Assembly: GCA_009103225.1 (NCBI GenBank)
Contig: RHPI01002438.1
Span: forward strand, 304,750-368,749
Reading direction: 5' to 3'
Origin: Chlorokybus atmophyticus
Taxonomy: Eukaryota > Plantae > Mesostigma and Chlorokybus algae
Length of the DNA: 64,000 bases
Shown: one piece after another, positions 1 to 15,343 of the stretch
How positions within the stretch are numbered: position 1 is the stretch's first letter
Layout of the letters: each line of letters starts with the position of its first letter
Made by a program: the position numbers and the translations under genes
Notes under the pieces: generated by a model
The model's database searches: none
Seen by the model: the letters and a program-made list of their open reading frames with translations, nothing else
Told to the model about the DNA's origin: nothing

Positions 1-19
1 TGGGGGTGGTGGGGGGGGG

Positions 20-53
<34 letters not shown>

Positions 54-70
54 TGGTGTGTGGGTGGCAG

Positions 71-2765
71 GCTTGGGGAGGCTGCGTGCGGGGCCATTGC
101 GGGGATGCTGCAGAGGAACACGGTGCTGCAGACAGTCATCATGGACGTCAAACAAGCAAAGGTGTGTGTGAGTGGGTATACGCGTGTGTGTTGGCACTTT
201 CTGCCAGCACACACTGTGCGCGTGTGTGCGCGCGCGCACGTGCATGTTCGCTTGTGCCCTTGTGACGAACTAACATACACAACACTGACCATATCCCTCC
301 TCCTCCTCCTCCTCCTCCTCCTCCTCCTCCCAGCTTCTTGTGAAGGCCCTGGAGCACTCCACCCGCAACTGCCGCATCGGTCTTCGCGAGGGCGCCGCGT
401 CGGAGGGGGCCATGCGCGGGGGCGGTAGTGGGGAGAGCCAGAACCCGGACGGCAGCCAGGACTTCACCATCAGCTTCGACGCGGAGGAGAGCAGCGGCGG
501 GGAGGGAGGGGACAGGAGTAAGGATCAGGTAACGCAATGTGTGCACAGTTGTGGGATGCGGGTGCGCGATTGCAGGGGTCTCTATTGCATGGGCGTGGTG
601 TTGGGGACCCTTGTTGAGGACCATGGTCCTTTGGAAAGCGTACTAGGGAAACTTGTCTCCTTGTGTGGATGTGTATGTGCATGCGCGTGTGGGTGTGTAG
701 TCACGCATGCATGCACATGTGCACGCTGTCCCCTGTGCGCTTGGGCGTGTGCATGCATTTCTGTATGCTTACGCTCACAGGCACGCATGCAGCTGCGCGC
801 GTGCATTGTGTGTGTGTGTGTGTGTGCGACGAATTCTGCATTCGCGCCATGCACACCATAACAGTGTCGTCGCCAAGGATTCCTTTATCTCCATGTCATT
901 CCTCTCCTCAGGCCGACGACCTGGCCCTCCCCCTGGACCCCTCCTACCTCCGCGCCTGCGAGGAGGAGCTCCTGGACCTCGTGGCCCGACTCGGCGCCGA
1001 GCGGGAGGAGGCCGAGCTCCAGTTCGCCGCGCAACACGTCGCAGACACCAACGCGAGACGGGACCGCGCAGCACAACAGGCCGAGGCGCGCGTTGCATCG
1101 ATGGCACGCATGCAGGAGGTGAGGAGGGATTGTCGTTGGGGTGGGGGAGGTGGGGGAGTGACTGATGTTGGGGTGTAGGTGCTTGCGGCGAGGGCTGAGA
1201 AGAGGGAGAATGGTGCGGGGAACCTGGCGGCGAACTTGGCGAGTATTGCTGTGGCGGCGTTTGGGGAGGAGGCTGTCAACAGACCCAGCACCACGAGCAC
1301 AACCAACAACGGCAGCAGCGGCAGCGGCAGCAGTGGCAATGCTGCCGCTGCTGTCACCAATGCGTCGAGCGCCAACAACAACAGCAATGCCAAATCGTCG
1401 ACGCCGCGTAAGGCAGCAGATCGACCCGCAGCCATGCCGGGTGCAGCAGCAGCAAAGAGCGCCAGCGGGCAGCAGGTGCGTGAGTCTCCCAGTTCATCCT
1501 CACATCAGGCATGTTTTCTTTCCCATGCAAACCACACCAACTTGCTCACATGGAACTGACTGAACTGATCAGACTGCGCGGGCTCCGAGCGTGACGCGCA
1601 TGAATGCGGCCAATCCCGTTACAAAAAGTACGTCCATGCCAAAAAAGAAGGACTCGCCCGCTCCTGCTGCTGCCAGCACCAACAGTGTTGGTAGTAGGGC
1701 TGCTTCGACCCCGACGCCCCCACGTACGCCGCGAGACAGCAAGATGAATGCGAGCCGCCCTGGAACCACGGACAAGAAGAAAGGTGGGCGGTGGTGGGGT
1801 GGGTGGGTGCATCTGCGTGCGTGGGCATGGGTGTGCGCGTGTGCGTGTGCGTGTGTTTGTGTGTGTGTGCACATGCGAGCATGCGTGCGGCAAGGTGTGA
1901 GCACATGTGCGTATGTGCGTGTTCGTATGCGTTCCGTACTTGCATGCGCATGTGCGTGCGGGTGCAGGTGGGCTCCCATGCGTGTGCATAAAAAAAAGTG
2001 TGTTTTAACAGACTCTCCGCTAAGTGCATCCCCTCTCCTGCAATCCCCCACCACGTCTCGCCCGCAAACGGGCAACACCTCAACTGGTCCCCTCTCCCTC
2101 GCCACCACCAATGGCGACATCAGGGGCATCGCTAACAGGACACCGTCCCGCACGACAACGACCTCACCTCGACAACCCCTGCTGCAGACAAGCGAGGTTG
2201 ATGTTGTATATCAGTGCGAGTGCAATCTCTCTGGTTGTGAGATTGGCTGCTGCTCTTTTGTGTGCTGAGCATGCGTCGTCTGCGTGTGCAGGGGCAGCGG
2301 CTTCAGAAGCTTTATGAGCAGGCGGCGGAGGCTGTGGCAAGGGATCCAAAGAACATCACTGCTTTGGAGGTAAGGGGGCCACTACTAGCTGTCAACTTCT
2401 CCTTGCAACTGCAGATACTGCAGCACCATGCATGTGTGCACACGCGCGCACGGATACCCACCCACCGCAGGCCAAGGCAATGGCCGAGATGATGTTACGC
2501 CGCTACCACGCCGCCGCCTCCTCCTTCCTCTCCCTCCTCTCCTCCTCCACCTCCGCAACACTCACCTCCTCCGTCGACTCCTCCTCCACCCTCCTCCGTC
2601 GCGGCTTCGACCTCGCGCTGGAGGGACTGGCGGCTTTACGAGAGCGGTACGTACCGCGCGGAAGGACGCTCACGCTCAAGATCAAGAACATAGTGGGACA
2701 GGACTTCCTGGCGAAACCGTCGGAGGAGGCGCAGGAGGAACTGCTGAATGAGGTGAGGGGCAGGG

Positions 2766-2846
<81 letters not shown>

Positions 2847-5240
2847 CGTGTGCACGTGCGTGCGCGTGTGCGCGTGGTTGTACATGACAGCACGTGCAAT
2901 CTGTGTGTGTGCGCGCACACGCTCGCATGTGTGTGTGCGCAAGCACATGCATATGCGCGCATGCACACGTACTCGTTTGCAAACCACACCAACCAAACAG
3001 GAGTACGAGCACTTGCTGAGCTCCAGACTGACTGACCTCCTCTCCCGCCACTCTTCTCCCGAGGACGAGCGCCGCCACCTCCGCGGTCGTTTGCGCGAGA
3101 ACGACGCGGCGTTGCGGGAGCTCTACGCGACGTACGCCACCGGCGAGGGCGACACCCCCACCGCCCTCGACAACAACAACAACAACACGATCATGATGTT
3201 CAGGCAACTGTGGTACTGCGCGCGGGACTGCCACCTCGTCTGCGCGTCGATGCCGCTGGCGGAGCTGTGCCGCGTGGCGTGCAACGCGCTACTGAGGGCG
3301 TCGGGAACGGCAAGCGCGGATCCAAACAACCCAGGACATACCATCGGTGAGTGACACCTACACGCACGCCAACATGCAATCGTCTACACACACATGCACG
3401 CACGCATGCACGTGCATGTGCACACACAGGTGATCAGATACGAACACACACACGCGCGCGCGCGCGCATGTGCACTTGCGCAATCGTACCCACACATGCA
3501 TGCACGCGCACATGCATGATTACGGCTTTGTAAGCCTGTCATCATGTTGGAGTATAACCACCCCTCCTGCCTCCAGGTTTCTACGAGTTTGCGGAGGTTG
3601 TTGTGAGGGCCGCTTGGCTCGCTTCCCAGAAGGACGGTTCCTCCCAGGCCCGGGCTTCCTCAAACTCCGCGGCGCCGCCGTCCGTGGCGGAGCGCTACGC
3701 CCACGCCGTGGCCGCCGCCCTCGCCACGCGCAAGGCAGGAGGCGCCGACAAGCTCGACCGGATCATGAGCTCGACCGCAGCCGCGAGAGTATGCAACTGA
3801 TTGGTGTGATGTTGTGTGGACACCTTTATTGGGTAGAAGTGTGACAGACGCACGCACAAGCATGCACACGCAGACACACGCTTGCGAACATATACACGCA
3901 CACGTACAGGCACATACACACGCTGTCTGGACCCTGTACCGAAGTGTCACACACGCACATACGTGCGTGCGTGCGTGAGCACACTCGCATACATGCGCAC
4001 ACGTAAGCGCAAGCTTGCACGCACCCACCCGCACCCACCCACCCACACTCTCTCCCCCTCCCTCCCATTCCAGATCGTCCCCCTCCACCGTCCCAAGCTC
4101 CTCAAAGTCTTCCACCACTTTGCCGAGGCAAGTCGCGACGAGGCCGGCGGACGGGAGCTGCTGGCCGCTGCAGCGGCGGCGGCGGCGGCCGCGTCTGCTC
4201 CACAAGAGGGAGGAGGAGCGGTCACGGCACGCGGGAGCATCACTGGGGTCGGGAGCAACAGCAAGAACGGGAAGGATAATAGTAATAAGGAGGCGGATTC
4301 GAGCTTTGCGTTCGCTGCCAGGCCGATGGCTAAGTGAGAATAGGGGGGTGGGGTGGGGGTGGGTGGGGAGCGTGTGCGTGTGCGTGTGCGTGTGCGTGTG
4401 TCTGTGTGTGTGAGAGTGTGAAGGACGATGTGCATGTGCGCATGGGTATGCATGTTTGTTTGCGTGCATCCTTGTGCGTGCGTGCGTGTGCTTGCATGCA
4501 CGCGCGCGCACCTGTGTGTGTGTGACAGTCTGCTCGGCTTGGCAGGGAGGCCCGCAAGAACGAGCACGATGAGCAGCAGGAGAACTTGCCGCCTAACAGC
4601 GGGACGGCACCCAGTGCTCCTCCTCCTCCATCCCCGTCAAAAGCCAAGCGCGGGAAGGCCGGTACGTAATATGCATCATATGCACCTCCCTACACGCGTG
4701 TTCGTGTGCACTCGCAGGCTTTACTCACGCATGTGTGTGTAGATAAATCAGCGAGCATGTGGGGCCGAGCGAACCCGGAAGCTCTTGCTGGCGGTGTGGA
4801 GGGTGCCTTCGCCATGAACTTCAACGAGCTGCTCGGCATGATGGAAAAGGCCAAGCTGTTCTCCCCACAACTCAACCCTCGCAAGGTACTGGCGGGATGC
4901 AACAACACGAACACATCGTTGGCACCAGCTGCATGCAGCGCAAAGGGCTGACTGTTGGGTGCGCGTGTCTCTTGCTTAGGTTCAAGTGTTTGTACAAGCC
5001 GTCACCCGTTGCGAGGAGCTGATGCCTCAAGTGCACCCGAACAACTCCAAGGCCCTGCTGGTTCTGGAGGAATTCATGGAGGTGCTGATGCGGTTTGCGC
5101 ACGCTGAAGCCTCTATCATCGACCTACCCGCTTCCATCAACAAAGCCGGGTTCAAAGAGGCCATTTGGATCCAGTTTGAAGCCTGGTTGGATCAGCGATT
5201 CTACCCTACCGTGTCGAGAGTCATGCCAGGCAGACTGTAG
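71..5240 (+). CDS. 3' part of a large multi-exon protein of unknown function (LRR-like segment, coiled coil, low-complexity linkers, C-terminal degenerate EF-hand-like helical repeats; possibly flagellar-associated); 5' end lies outside the window
   Basis: About 14 GT-AG exons splice in frame by eye, from GLGEAACGAIAGMLQRNTVLQTV (LRR-like) through GFYEFAEVVVRAA, FAMNFNELLGMMEKAKLF and LVLEEFMEVLMRFAH to the stop at 5240. The resemblance to flagellar proteins is recollection only. Confidence 0.7.
2768..2843. repeat. (GT)n microsatellite in an intron
   Basis: Uninterrupted GT run read directly. Confidence 0.97.
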
Positions 5241-5976
5241 TGAGCATCACAGTCGTGTTGATACAGAGTTCTCGTCATGGGAGGCCCTCTGGTGGGATTG
5301 TAGCAGCTATGTAGTCAGTATGGGTGATGTAGTATGGGTATTGTGGTAGTAGTTACGTATTTACTAGGGATATTGCTGGCAGTGTGCAGCACGCCGCAGT
5401 AGTAAGTATGGAGGCGATTGATTGAATACTGATGTCTTCTGGTGTATGATGGTGTTCAGAAGCACAGGACACGGGAGATCACAACCGCCCAGCGTAGCTT
5501 ACCCTGTACACCCCACATGTTGACTGCTACCTTGGCATAGAGCGCACTCTGATGCTGACATCATTGCTCATGCACCTGTCACACACTCTCTCCCCAGTAC
5601 ACGTACATGCTGACAATTGCAACCCCCTCCACAGGTGCTATTCGTTACTACTACTCTACTACATGCCGACAAGCACTCAATGACTTCACAAGGTGAGGAT
5701 CTCCTTGTATTAATACTCACTCTTGTGCAAGAATGCTTTGCCGAAGATGATGCGCCTTACCAAATCTACACCCGGGTCCTCAGTTAGTTGCCCTCTGCCA
5801 CCAGTAAATTGACAACAGCAAAGCAACGCTTAGTTGGTTGCTATTGCAGATGGGTGTTAATGCTTCCACCCGCGACACTGCAAACTGCTAACTCACACCA
5901 TCATGGACAGATCTTGTCCATAACGGTACACAGTTGTGTCATGCACTGGCATGTTGCCATGGCCAGTTACATCTGC

Positions 5977-7835
<1,859 letters not shown>

Positions 7836-7877
7836 TGCTACTGCCACAGCCACAAACACCAGTATGCCATGCCAGCC

Positions 7878-7887
7878 TTTAGGGTTT
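7878..7887 (-). promoter_or_regulatory. Telo-box (AAACCCTAAA) upstream of the MDH start codon
   Basis: TTTAGGGTTT on the + strand about 45 nt upstream of the ATG; known plant cis-element. Confidence 0.5.
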
Positions 7888-9315
7888 GTAACAACCAAAA
7901 CAAAAACATACCCCGGTGTCGCACACTGCAGCGCTCGCTGCGTGTCCACAACAGGGCATCCGCCTTTCCATCAACATATGTCACAGCTGGCTTCCCAGGT
8001 GGCACAACAGCGGGATGATTACAACTAGCCAAAGCTTAGGGTGGCGGCCGGCGGCGGAGCGTGCCGGGAGAGTTGCCGTCTGTCTGTGAGGGCGGACAGC
8101 TCGCTCTCCTCCGCTCGTTGCCGTCGTTCGCCGCTGCTGAAGCAATACACCAGCCTCCGAGGAATTGGTATTCATGCACGGCTGTCGTATGACCGCAATT
8201 GCTTTGTGAAGATGAGACTGCTGCAGTGATGAGATGAAAAGGCCGGTCTGATAGCAAGCCTGCCGTGTTGGGTGTGTGGTGGTGGTGGTGGATGGTGGTC
8301 TGCTTGATGCTGATCTTTTTCCGCCACCATGCACCCCTGCCGTGCGGCTGCACTATCGTGCTGAACTCTGTCGAGAAGGTTTTCTGAGCAGCTTGTATGC
8401 CAGGCGATAGATGTTGCAGTTCAAGGGATGTATCAGACAAAGCTTCTTGATTTTGGACCAATGCTCGTGCCACTCAGACCAATCCTTCTGCATACAATTG
8501 CATAGTATTGATGTTGGGAGCAAGCAATTATTGCATTGAATGCGTGGTTAAACGTATCAATTACCACGCATGTCACTGATGTTTGTACACGCAGCGCTTG
8601 ATTGGGAGTTTCTGCGGTGCCATGGAATACACCAGTAACGCACGCATGCGTTTCTGGTGTATTCTATGGCACTTGTACACACTTCGTTTTGATGCGAACC
8701 TGCCATACGCTACATTTATACTGTTGGGTGAAAACACTGCCTCGCGCATGTTCTGCACATTGCAGCTATACTGATGTTCTGTACATGCTGCCAATGATGT
8801 TATGTACAAGCTACTCTTCTGCATTGTCAGCATCAAGTCATACAGGCCATGTGATGGCCACAATTTAGCAGCAGTGAATGGTAGGTGGGCTGCAGTGTGC
8901 CCGCTGTTGCGCAGAGTAACTGGGTACGCAATCAGAGTACAACGTACAATACCATGGAGATAATTCATATGTTTCGGTAATTTTTGCAAAAATATCGGAC
9001 ACAGCATCAGTCAAAGCACACTCAGAGCTGTACTGTGGGGCTGCATACGTAAGTGCATACACAGGGTATTGTACTTATAAGCTTGACTTTGGCTATGCTG
9101 TATAATGAGTTTTGAACTGTACCATTCATGGGCATGCGCAGACAGAAACACAACCATTATCAAGCAGCACAATTGTAATCCTATCGCATTCCACACCTGT
9201 GGCAAACGCCCAACTCAGCAGTGCACTGCACTCTAATTTACTCATACAGCTACAAAAGCACAATCAGGCAAAAAATTGTCAGGAACTTGTTCCCACTATC
9301 TACGAGGGGTGTTGT

Positions 9316-11466
9316 TTAATCTACATTGCATGCAATCATAACTTTGATTGCTCCATCTCGGCCAGTCTTGGCTGTGTCGAAAGCCTCGAGTGTATCTTCT
9401 AGGATGTAGCGGTGCGTGATCAAAGGCCTCACATCAATGCGCCGCGCCGTGATTAAATTTAGCAGTGCTTGGTAGGTGTGTGCATATCTGTAAGAACATT
9501 GCACATCAGCCAGCAATCTCCACTTGCAAAACAGCACAGTACATGACCTAGCATTGCTGCATGGTCATGCAGCCACCGTGCAAGCTTTGTCGAGAAGGCA
9601 GATGCATGTCAACTGCAGGACATACCTGAAGATACCGCGGATGTCAATCTCATGGATGCCTGCATGCGTGATGGGAATGGTAATGTGGTCTGCCGAGTGT
9701 CCGACAATGACGACACAACCCCCAGGCTTTGATGCGTAGATGCCCTGTCGCAAACTGGATCCTGCACCACTGCACTCTACAACCTTGTCCACCTTGCCTC
9801 CAGCAGCTTCAATCTGCGCAGCACACAAGTACAGAATCAGATGCTGCGCTACATACAAACTATCTGCTGGTCCAGCCTTGCACCATTCATGCAATAATGA
9901 CTCTCGTACACTCTCCTTGAACAGTTGCAAACATCATTGACAATCCAAGCACTTACAATCTTCTCCGCGGTCACTTGATCAGAGTCATTCAATGAGACCT
10001 TAACAGCACCATCGGCACCAAGCTCCAGAGCTTTCGCAAGTCTTGAATCGTCCAGATCTGTCATGATGATCTTGCCCGCACCAGCAACGCGAGCCAGCAT
10101 CATTGCTGTCAACCCAATTGGTCCTGCGCAGTAGGAGTTTCTGAGCATTGACTGTTGCACACACCAGGCATGCATAGAACAGCATTGGAAAAGCCCAAAC
10201 AACGCTCTACATTCTATGAGATATGCATTGAACAACAGCGTACCTGCGCCTGTAATGAGCACCACATGCCCCAAGGCAACAGCTGCTCGCCTTATGGCGT
10301 GCATACCAACTGACAGGGGCTCCAACAGTGCACCTTCTTCATACGTGACATGCGGTGGCAACCTGCAGTGACGACTTGACTGTTAGTCATGAGAGACCTG
10401 CTTGATCAGCAGCTAAGCTGTCATAGCTGTTGCTGCTGATCATCTTCATGTGACCAATGAAGCATGCCTCATGGCGAATGTGAGCACCACAGCAAATGTA
10501 CCTGTAGCAAAACTTTGCCGAATGTGTGTAGTACTTGGAGAGTGACCCGCCCACAGGAGGTGTGGCGCAGAACTCAATTTCTGGACAGAGGTTGTACCGG
10601 CCATGCCAGCACGGCTCGCAGTGCATGCACGGAACTCCAGGCTCAATTGCCACCCGATCACCTGAATGACAGCCATGGTTGATTCAAGGTGACTGCTAGC
10701 AACGGCAGTTACCACAATACAGCATGCAGTATGCAGCATTGTTGCCAGATGTCACATGTCACATCAAGTCCTTACCAGGTTTCAAATTGTTCACATCAGC
10801 TCCAACAGCAACCACCCGACCAGAGCTTTCGTGTCCCAAAGTCATTGGCGAGCGCAGCACGAACTTCCCAATGTGGCCATGTGTCCAATAGTGGACGTCT
10901 GAACCGCAAATGCCCACTTGCTGCATTTTTATCAGCACCTCTGCGGGAAAGATAATAACCATCAGATCAATTTCGTACGTGTACTTTTCTTGCATAGTCT
11001 GCAATGTCTTGTTTGCATTCAACTCCATGTTTTCACAATGCAAGACTAATCTTGCAGTGTACAACTGGAATCCCAGGACTGTTCTTGGCACTGGCGTATT
11101 GCTTGTGCAGACATCTACGTCAGCGTTGAAAGCATGCAAAAAATGCAGTCCCTGTGTGCAGCCCTTAGCAGTCGCACGAAGTTGTGACATCTCACCGTGA
11201 GGCTTCGGAACGGGCATTGGAAGGTTGTCGAGCCGGAGGTCATTGATGCCATGGAGGACGGCAGAAAGATTGGCTTCTTCAAGAGGGGCGGGGTCAACCT
11301 TAAAGGGTGGAGTGTTTACAGTCTTGGTCGGGTCTTCCCCGGCCAAGTTCAACGACCCGACCACAGTGCTCTCCACAAGAGAGGCAGTCGTCCTGGTGAA
11401 CGCCGGAGCCGTCCTCACAGACGACCTCAGCAAGGACGCTCCGCTCCTCAGCAGCGCCGTGGCCAT
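9316..11466 (-). CDS. SDH: NAD-dependent sorbitol dehydrogenase (zinc MDR family) with N-terminal extension (7 exons)
   Basis: [41 protein letters not shown] (structural Zn), [27 protein letters not shown]...[17 protein letters not shown]; GT-AG introns splice in frame. Confidence 0.93.
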
Positions 11467-14094
11467 AGCTGCCTGCTTCAGAAACTACCAACTTCACCAC
11501 AGCAGCCACCCAAGCAGCCCGCAACCTCTGTGTCCCGCCCGCAGCGTCAAGGCTCCACTACACTAACAACTACTCAGGCTGCACACAGCACACCAAGCCC
11601 AAGCTTCCTCGTGCCGTTGTAGAGCCTGTTCTTCTCGCCAATGTCCTACGCCTGCACGCCTGCTCCGCCTCGATTTGTCTCACTGCCACCACTGCTGCTC
11701 TCAACGCCCATGTACCATCACATGCAGCCGATATAGCATATATAACAGCATCGCGGGCGATATCCCTTTGTGCATGCGACAAGGAAAGGACATATCCACC
11801 CCCCCGACCGAGGTTGTTACGCGCCGGGCAGGGCCAGGCTGGTTCAAAGCGCCACACGCTCAACTCGAGAGTTAAACACTATCAATCCATTACATGATTA
11901 ACACGGGGTCCAACCGGCCCGCCGAGGGCTGGAAAACTCATGAATCATCGCCAATGATTCAGTTGTTTTGGCGCGGTGCGGGGAATTTGGTATTCTTGCA
12001 CCCAAACTTGGGTCCCAAACGCTGATTCACCCTGGATGTTGGTAGTCAATAAAACTTCACCAGGTATTGGTCACATCAATTAGTCCACTACCGGATGTTG
12101 GTGGACCACCACACGTGACCAGTGGTGGTAGTCATCGACGCAATTGTCCTGACGACATGGAGGGAGCCCGTAAGGCAGGCTTGCCTGTTTCTCGCTTTGG
12201 CAAAAAGTGCCACTACCAGTGCCAGGTGCCAAACACCCATCGCCGCAGCAGCCGCGTCGGATCTCCGTACGCATCTTGACACGCGGCATAGCTGTAGGCG
12301 GTGAGTTGCGATATCTGAGATCGCCTAAATATCAGCGCTTCCTGATTGTATCAACTCATCAGCACGCTTGGAAGCGCAGTTGTTCTGAATCAGGTAGGCC
12401 TTGGGCCTACTAATGTCGCAGCTTCTGCAAACTGTTACGAATTGCGCAGGCTTGCTACCGAAATTTGCATCCCCACAGTAGCTCTGTGTACGTATGATGG
12501 TTGCGTGTAACGTAGCAAACTATTGTCGTGTACAATGCGCACATGTGTACACACAACTTGTGCGTTGATGGCATCACGCATCACACACATAATACATACT
12601 AACACAAACATAGAAACTCGAACATGTGGAATACAATGTACACTTTAACACAAATCTACATGAGGGCTTGGTAAATGGGTTCACGGCAATCTTGATCTCG
12701 CTCACGTCCAATCAACGGCCTCATATGCGATATTAAGTATCACATAATTTGATGTATTTAACACACAGAGTGGCATGTTGCAAACTCCGCAGTATACACA
12801 ATAGTAGTAATATGTAGTAATATATTTAAGCATGCATGTTAGCTACTTACCATCCCATGGACATACAGACCACAAGTCAATTAATGTACACCTGCTTTAC
12901 CTGCTTGAGCCGCAACGGTTGCGAGAGAATACCACGCATGCGCGCTCAAAAGCACGAGAACATGCGCGCGCATGTTCGCACAGCATCAAATCTTGGTTAT
13001 CGGCAGCCAGCCTTATTTTTAAACCTTGCAATCCACTACATCCCCACTCCGTTTTCCTACAGGTAGGTATGGCAACAACGCTGACAGCGGACGTTTGTAT
13101 GTCAACAATCATAAAGGATTGTTGTTTCCTTGCTTACTTGACAACCTCCGTCGCTGCAACTGTGGTTTGTAGCTTGTTGTTCCAGCCCCACACAGCGCGA
13201 GTTGCACTCCCCCGTGAGGCCCTTCCACCTTGCCTTGCCGTGTTGTTATAGATGGGGTTGTCATCGGAATTACTCAGCTCATTACCTCATGTGCGCGCTG
13301 GCGGTTATTTCGCTCATGTACACAACGGGTGCTTAGTTCAAGAACCAGACACCTGCACACACTGTGCGAGAGCCGCACCACAACAACCCAATCCAATTGG
13401 CCGCTTGCGACACAGCACAACACCACCTTACCACTTCATGACATCTAACTTTGCTTGTTCTCTCTGACCGCCCAGTATGGATGCCAGCTGATGTAGGAGG
13501 TGAGGCGATGAGGAGGAGCCAATGACACAGCTGGCGTCCTCATCGTTTCCATCGTCGTTGCTACTCGCAGCACCACGGGTGCTGCCAAGCGCTTGCTGGT
13601 GTCCCCTGTGAACTGCATGGCGTCATTGAGAAGCAACGGTCTGTGTTCCGTTATGAAAAGTGAGGCACACCAGGCAGCAAATGAGCTTGCACAGCCGCTC
13701 ATCTTCCATGGCATGTAAATAGTAGTTGGACAAGCAGAAGCGACAAGCATTGTGTACTCGCGCTCTGCAACCCTGCTTTTGATGTTACACTGCGCGCACA
13801 CTCGCACAAACACACACATGCATGCGCGTGCACACGCGATCACGTATACATGCATGTCTCCGACTACTGCCAGCATATCCTGTACACTGACCAACCGCTT
13901 TTAAATGCACGACCAAAATGTTGCTAGTTCAGGCAAGTGCTGATGTGGGGGCCAACACATGTGGAGGCAAATAACACACGCATACACACGAGCTAGTGAG
14001 CGATTATTCACCCCAAAAGGAGGGCAACAATGTGCAACAAGCTAAACCTACGCTACAGCGCGAAGAGAGGAGAGGAGAGAAGCACAAGCAACAG

Positions 14095-14830
14095 CTATAT
14101 TGACACATCCTTGGCTGACGTGAGCAACCGCACGCCAATAGCCAGCCCCAGGATGGCTATGGGCAGCATCACTTGTAGGATCCAGACGTAGCTCGGCCGA
14201 CTTGTTGCAGACTTCAACTGCACAACGCCGGTTTTGACAACAGGTGCCTTGGTGATGGCGCCCTCCAACTCGCCAATGTACCACTCTTTCATCATGTCGC
14301 GTGCTGCATCGCTGTGCCCAACATCCTCAAAATCGTCTGTCGCATCCTTCCCTGTTTTGCCATCATGCACAATCAACAGTAGCCAAAAAGACAACGACAC
14401 TGCTCGTAATGACAAGCATGCACAACAGACTGGCGCGTCTGCAACCTTTGCAGCTGATGGACAACCCTTGCTCAAGAACAAACACACGTGCCTGGGCAAC
14501 GCGGAGCACATCATGCCATGCTTGTGCTACACTAAGCCTCACCACGATCAGAGCATATAACGCTCACCGGTGGATGATAGCAAAACCTCATCGCCGCCAG
14601 GGTGCTCGTCCATGAACTTGCTTATGTCATATACCTGAACAAGGTGCCCACATGGTTGGCCAGCAGATATTGTGCCAACATGCCAGGATCAACTTACAGC
14701 GCAAAATAACAATGTTAATAATAATTAACTCTTTCTCCACCTTGCCATCTACGATGAGCCAGCAGTCGTTGCTGGAAGCATGCTGCGCCACCTCCTCGAA
14801 GGCAAACTTCTTCGGCTCTGCTGCTGCCAT
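14095..14830 (-). CDS. CB5: Cytochrome b5, tail-anchored (3 exons)
   Basis: [55 protein letters not shown] (HPGG and GHS heme ligands) plus C-terminal hydrophobic anchor. Confidence 0.96.
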
Positions 14831-15028
14831 CGGCCCCTCCACCGCCCTCGCCGCCACCGCCACACCTACACTCGAACGCACTTACACGCTCGCACCTTCA
14901 CCCACACCCGCACGCCACCAGCTCCCGTTGCCCCTGCTGCCGCCGCCTGCTGCTGGTCCGCCGCAGCCTTTTCCCGCGTCTAAGTCACCACAGCAGAGCG
15001 CCACCTCAGCTGCCCGCTTTGCCGCCCC

Positions 15029-15036
15029 TAGGGTTT
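15029..15036 (-). promoter_or_regulatory. Telo-box in the ~510-bp divergent region between cytochrome b5 and the ATG27-like gene
   Basis: TAGGGTTT (AAACCCTA on - strand) between two head-to-head start codons (14830 and 15344). Confidence 0.45.
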
Positions 15037-15343
15037 GTCAATGACGCCCCAAACTGGGAGCAAGAATTATGAGTAACTGCATAGAGCCAACATCGTCATG
15101 ACAAATCTTGCGTAAACCAAGGGTACGCTTATATCTGAGTCGCTCGTCGCTTTAGGTGATCGCGATTTGTTCGGGTGGAAGTGAACCGGTTCGTGGCCTG
15201 GGACCAGGCCGCAGAGAGGTGCTGCTCTTCCTGCTGTGGGCTGGCGTGCAGCAGGCGGCCTGGTGGTTGGCATGCAGGGAGACTAGTATGTGCGGCTGAG
15301 CTGTGGGTGGCAGGCCGCCAGGCTAGCGGCGGCGAGCTTGGCC

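Noticed and set aside
29-4650. Many Cys/Val- or His/Thr-rich ORFs in the track
   Set aside because: Translations of (GT)/(AC) intronic repeats or antisense frames of real exons.
12000-13900. Short ORFs between SDH and cytochrome b5
   Set aside because: No consistent exon chain or domain motif; treated as intergenic/UTR.
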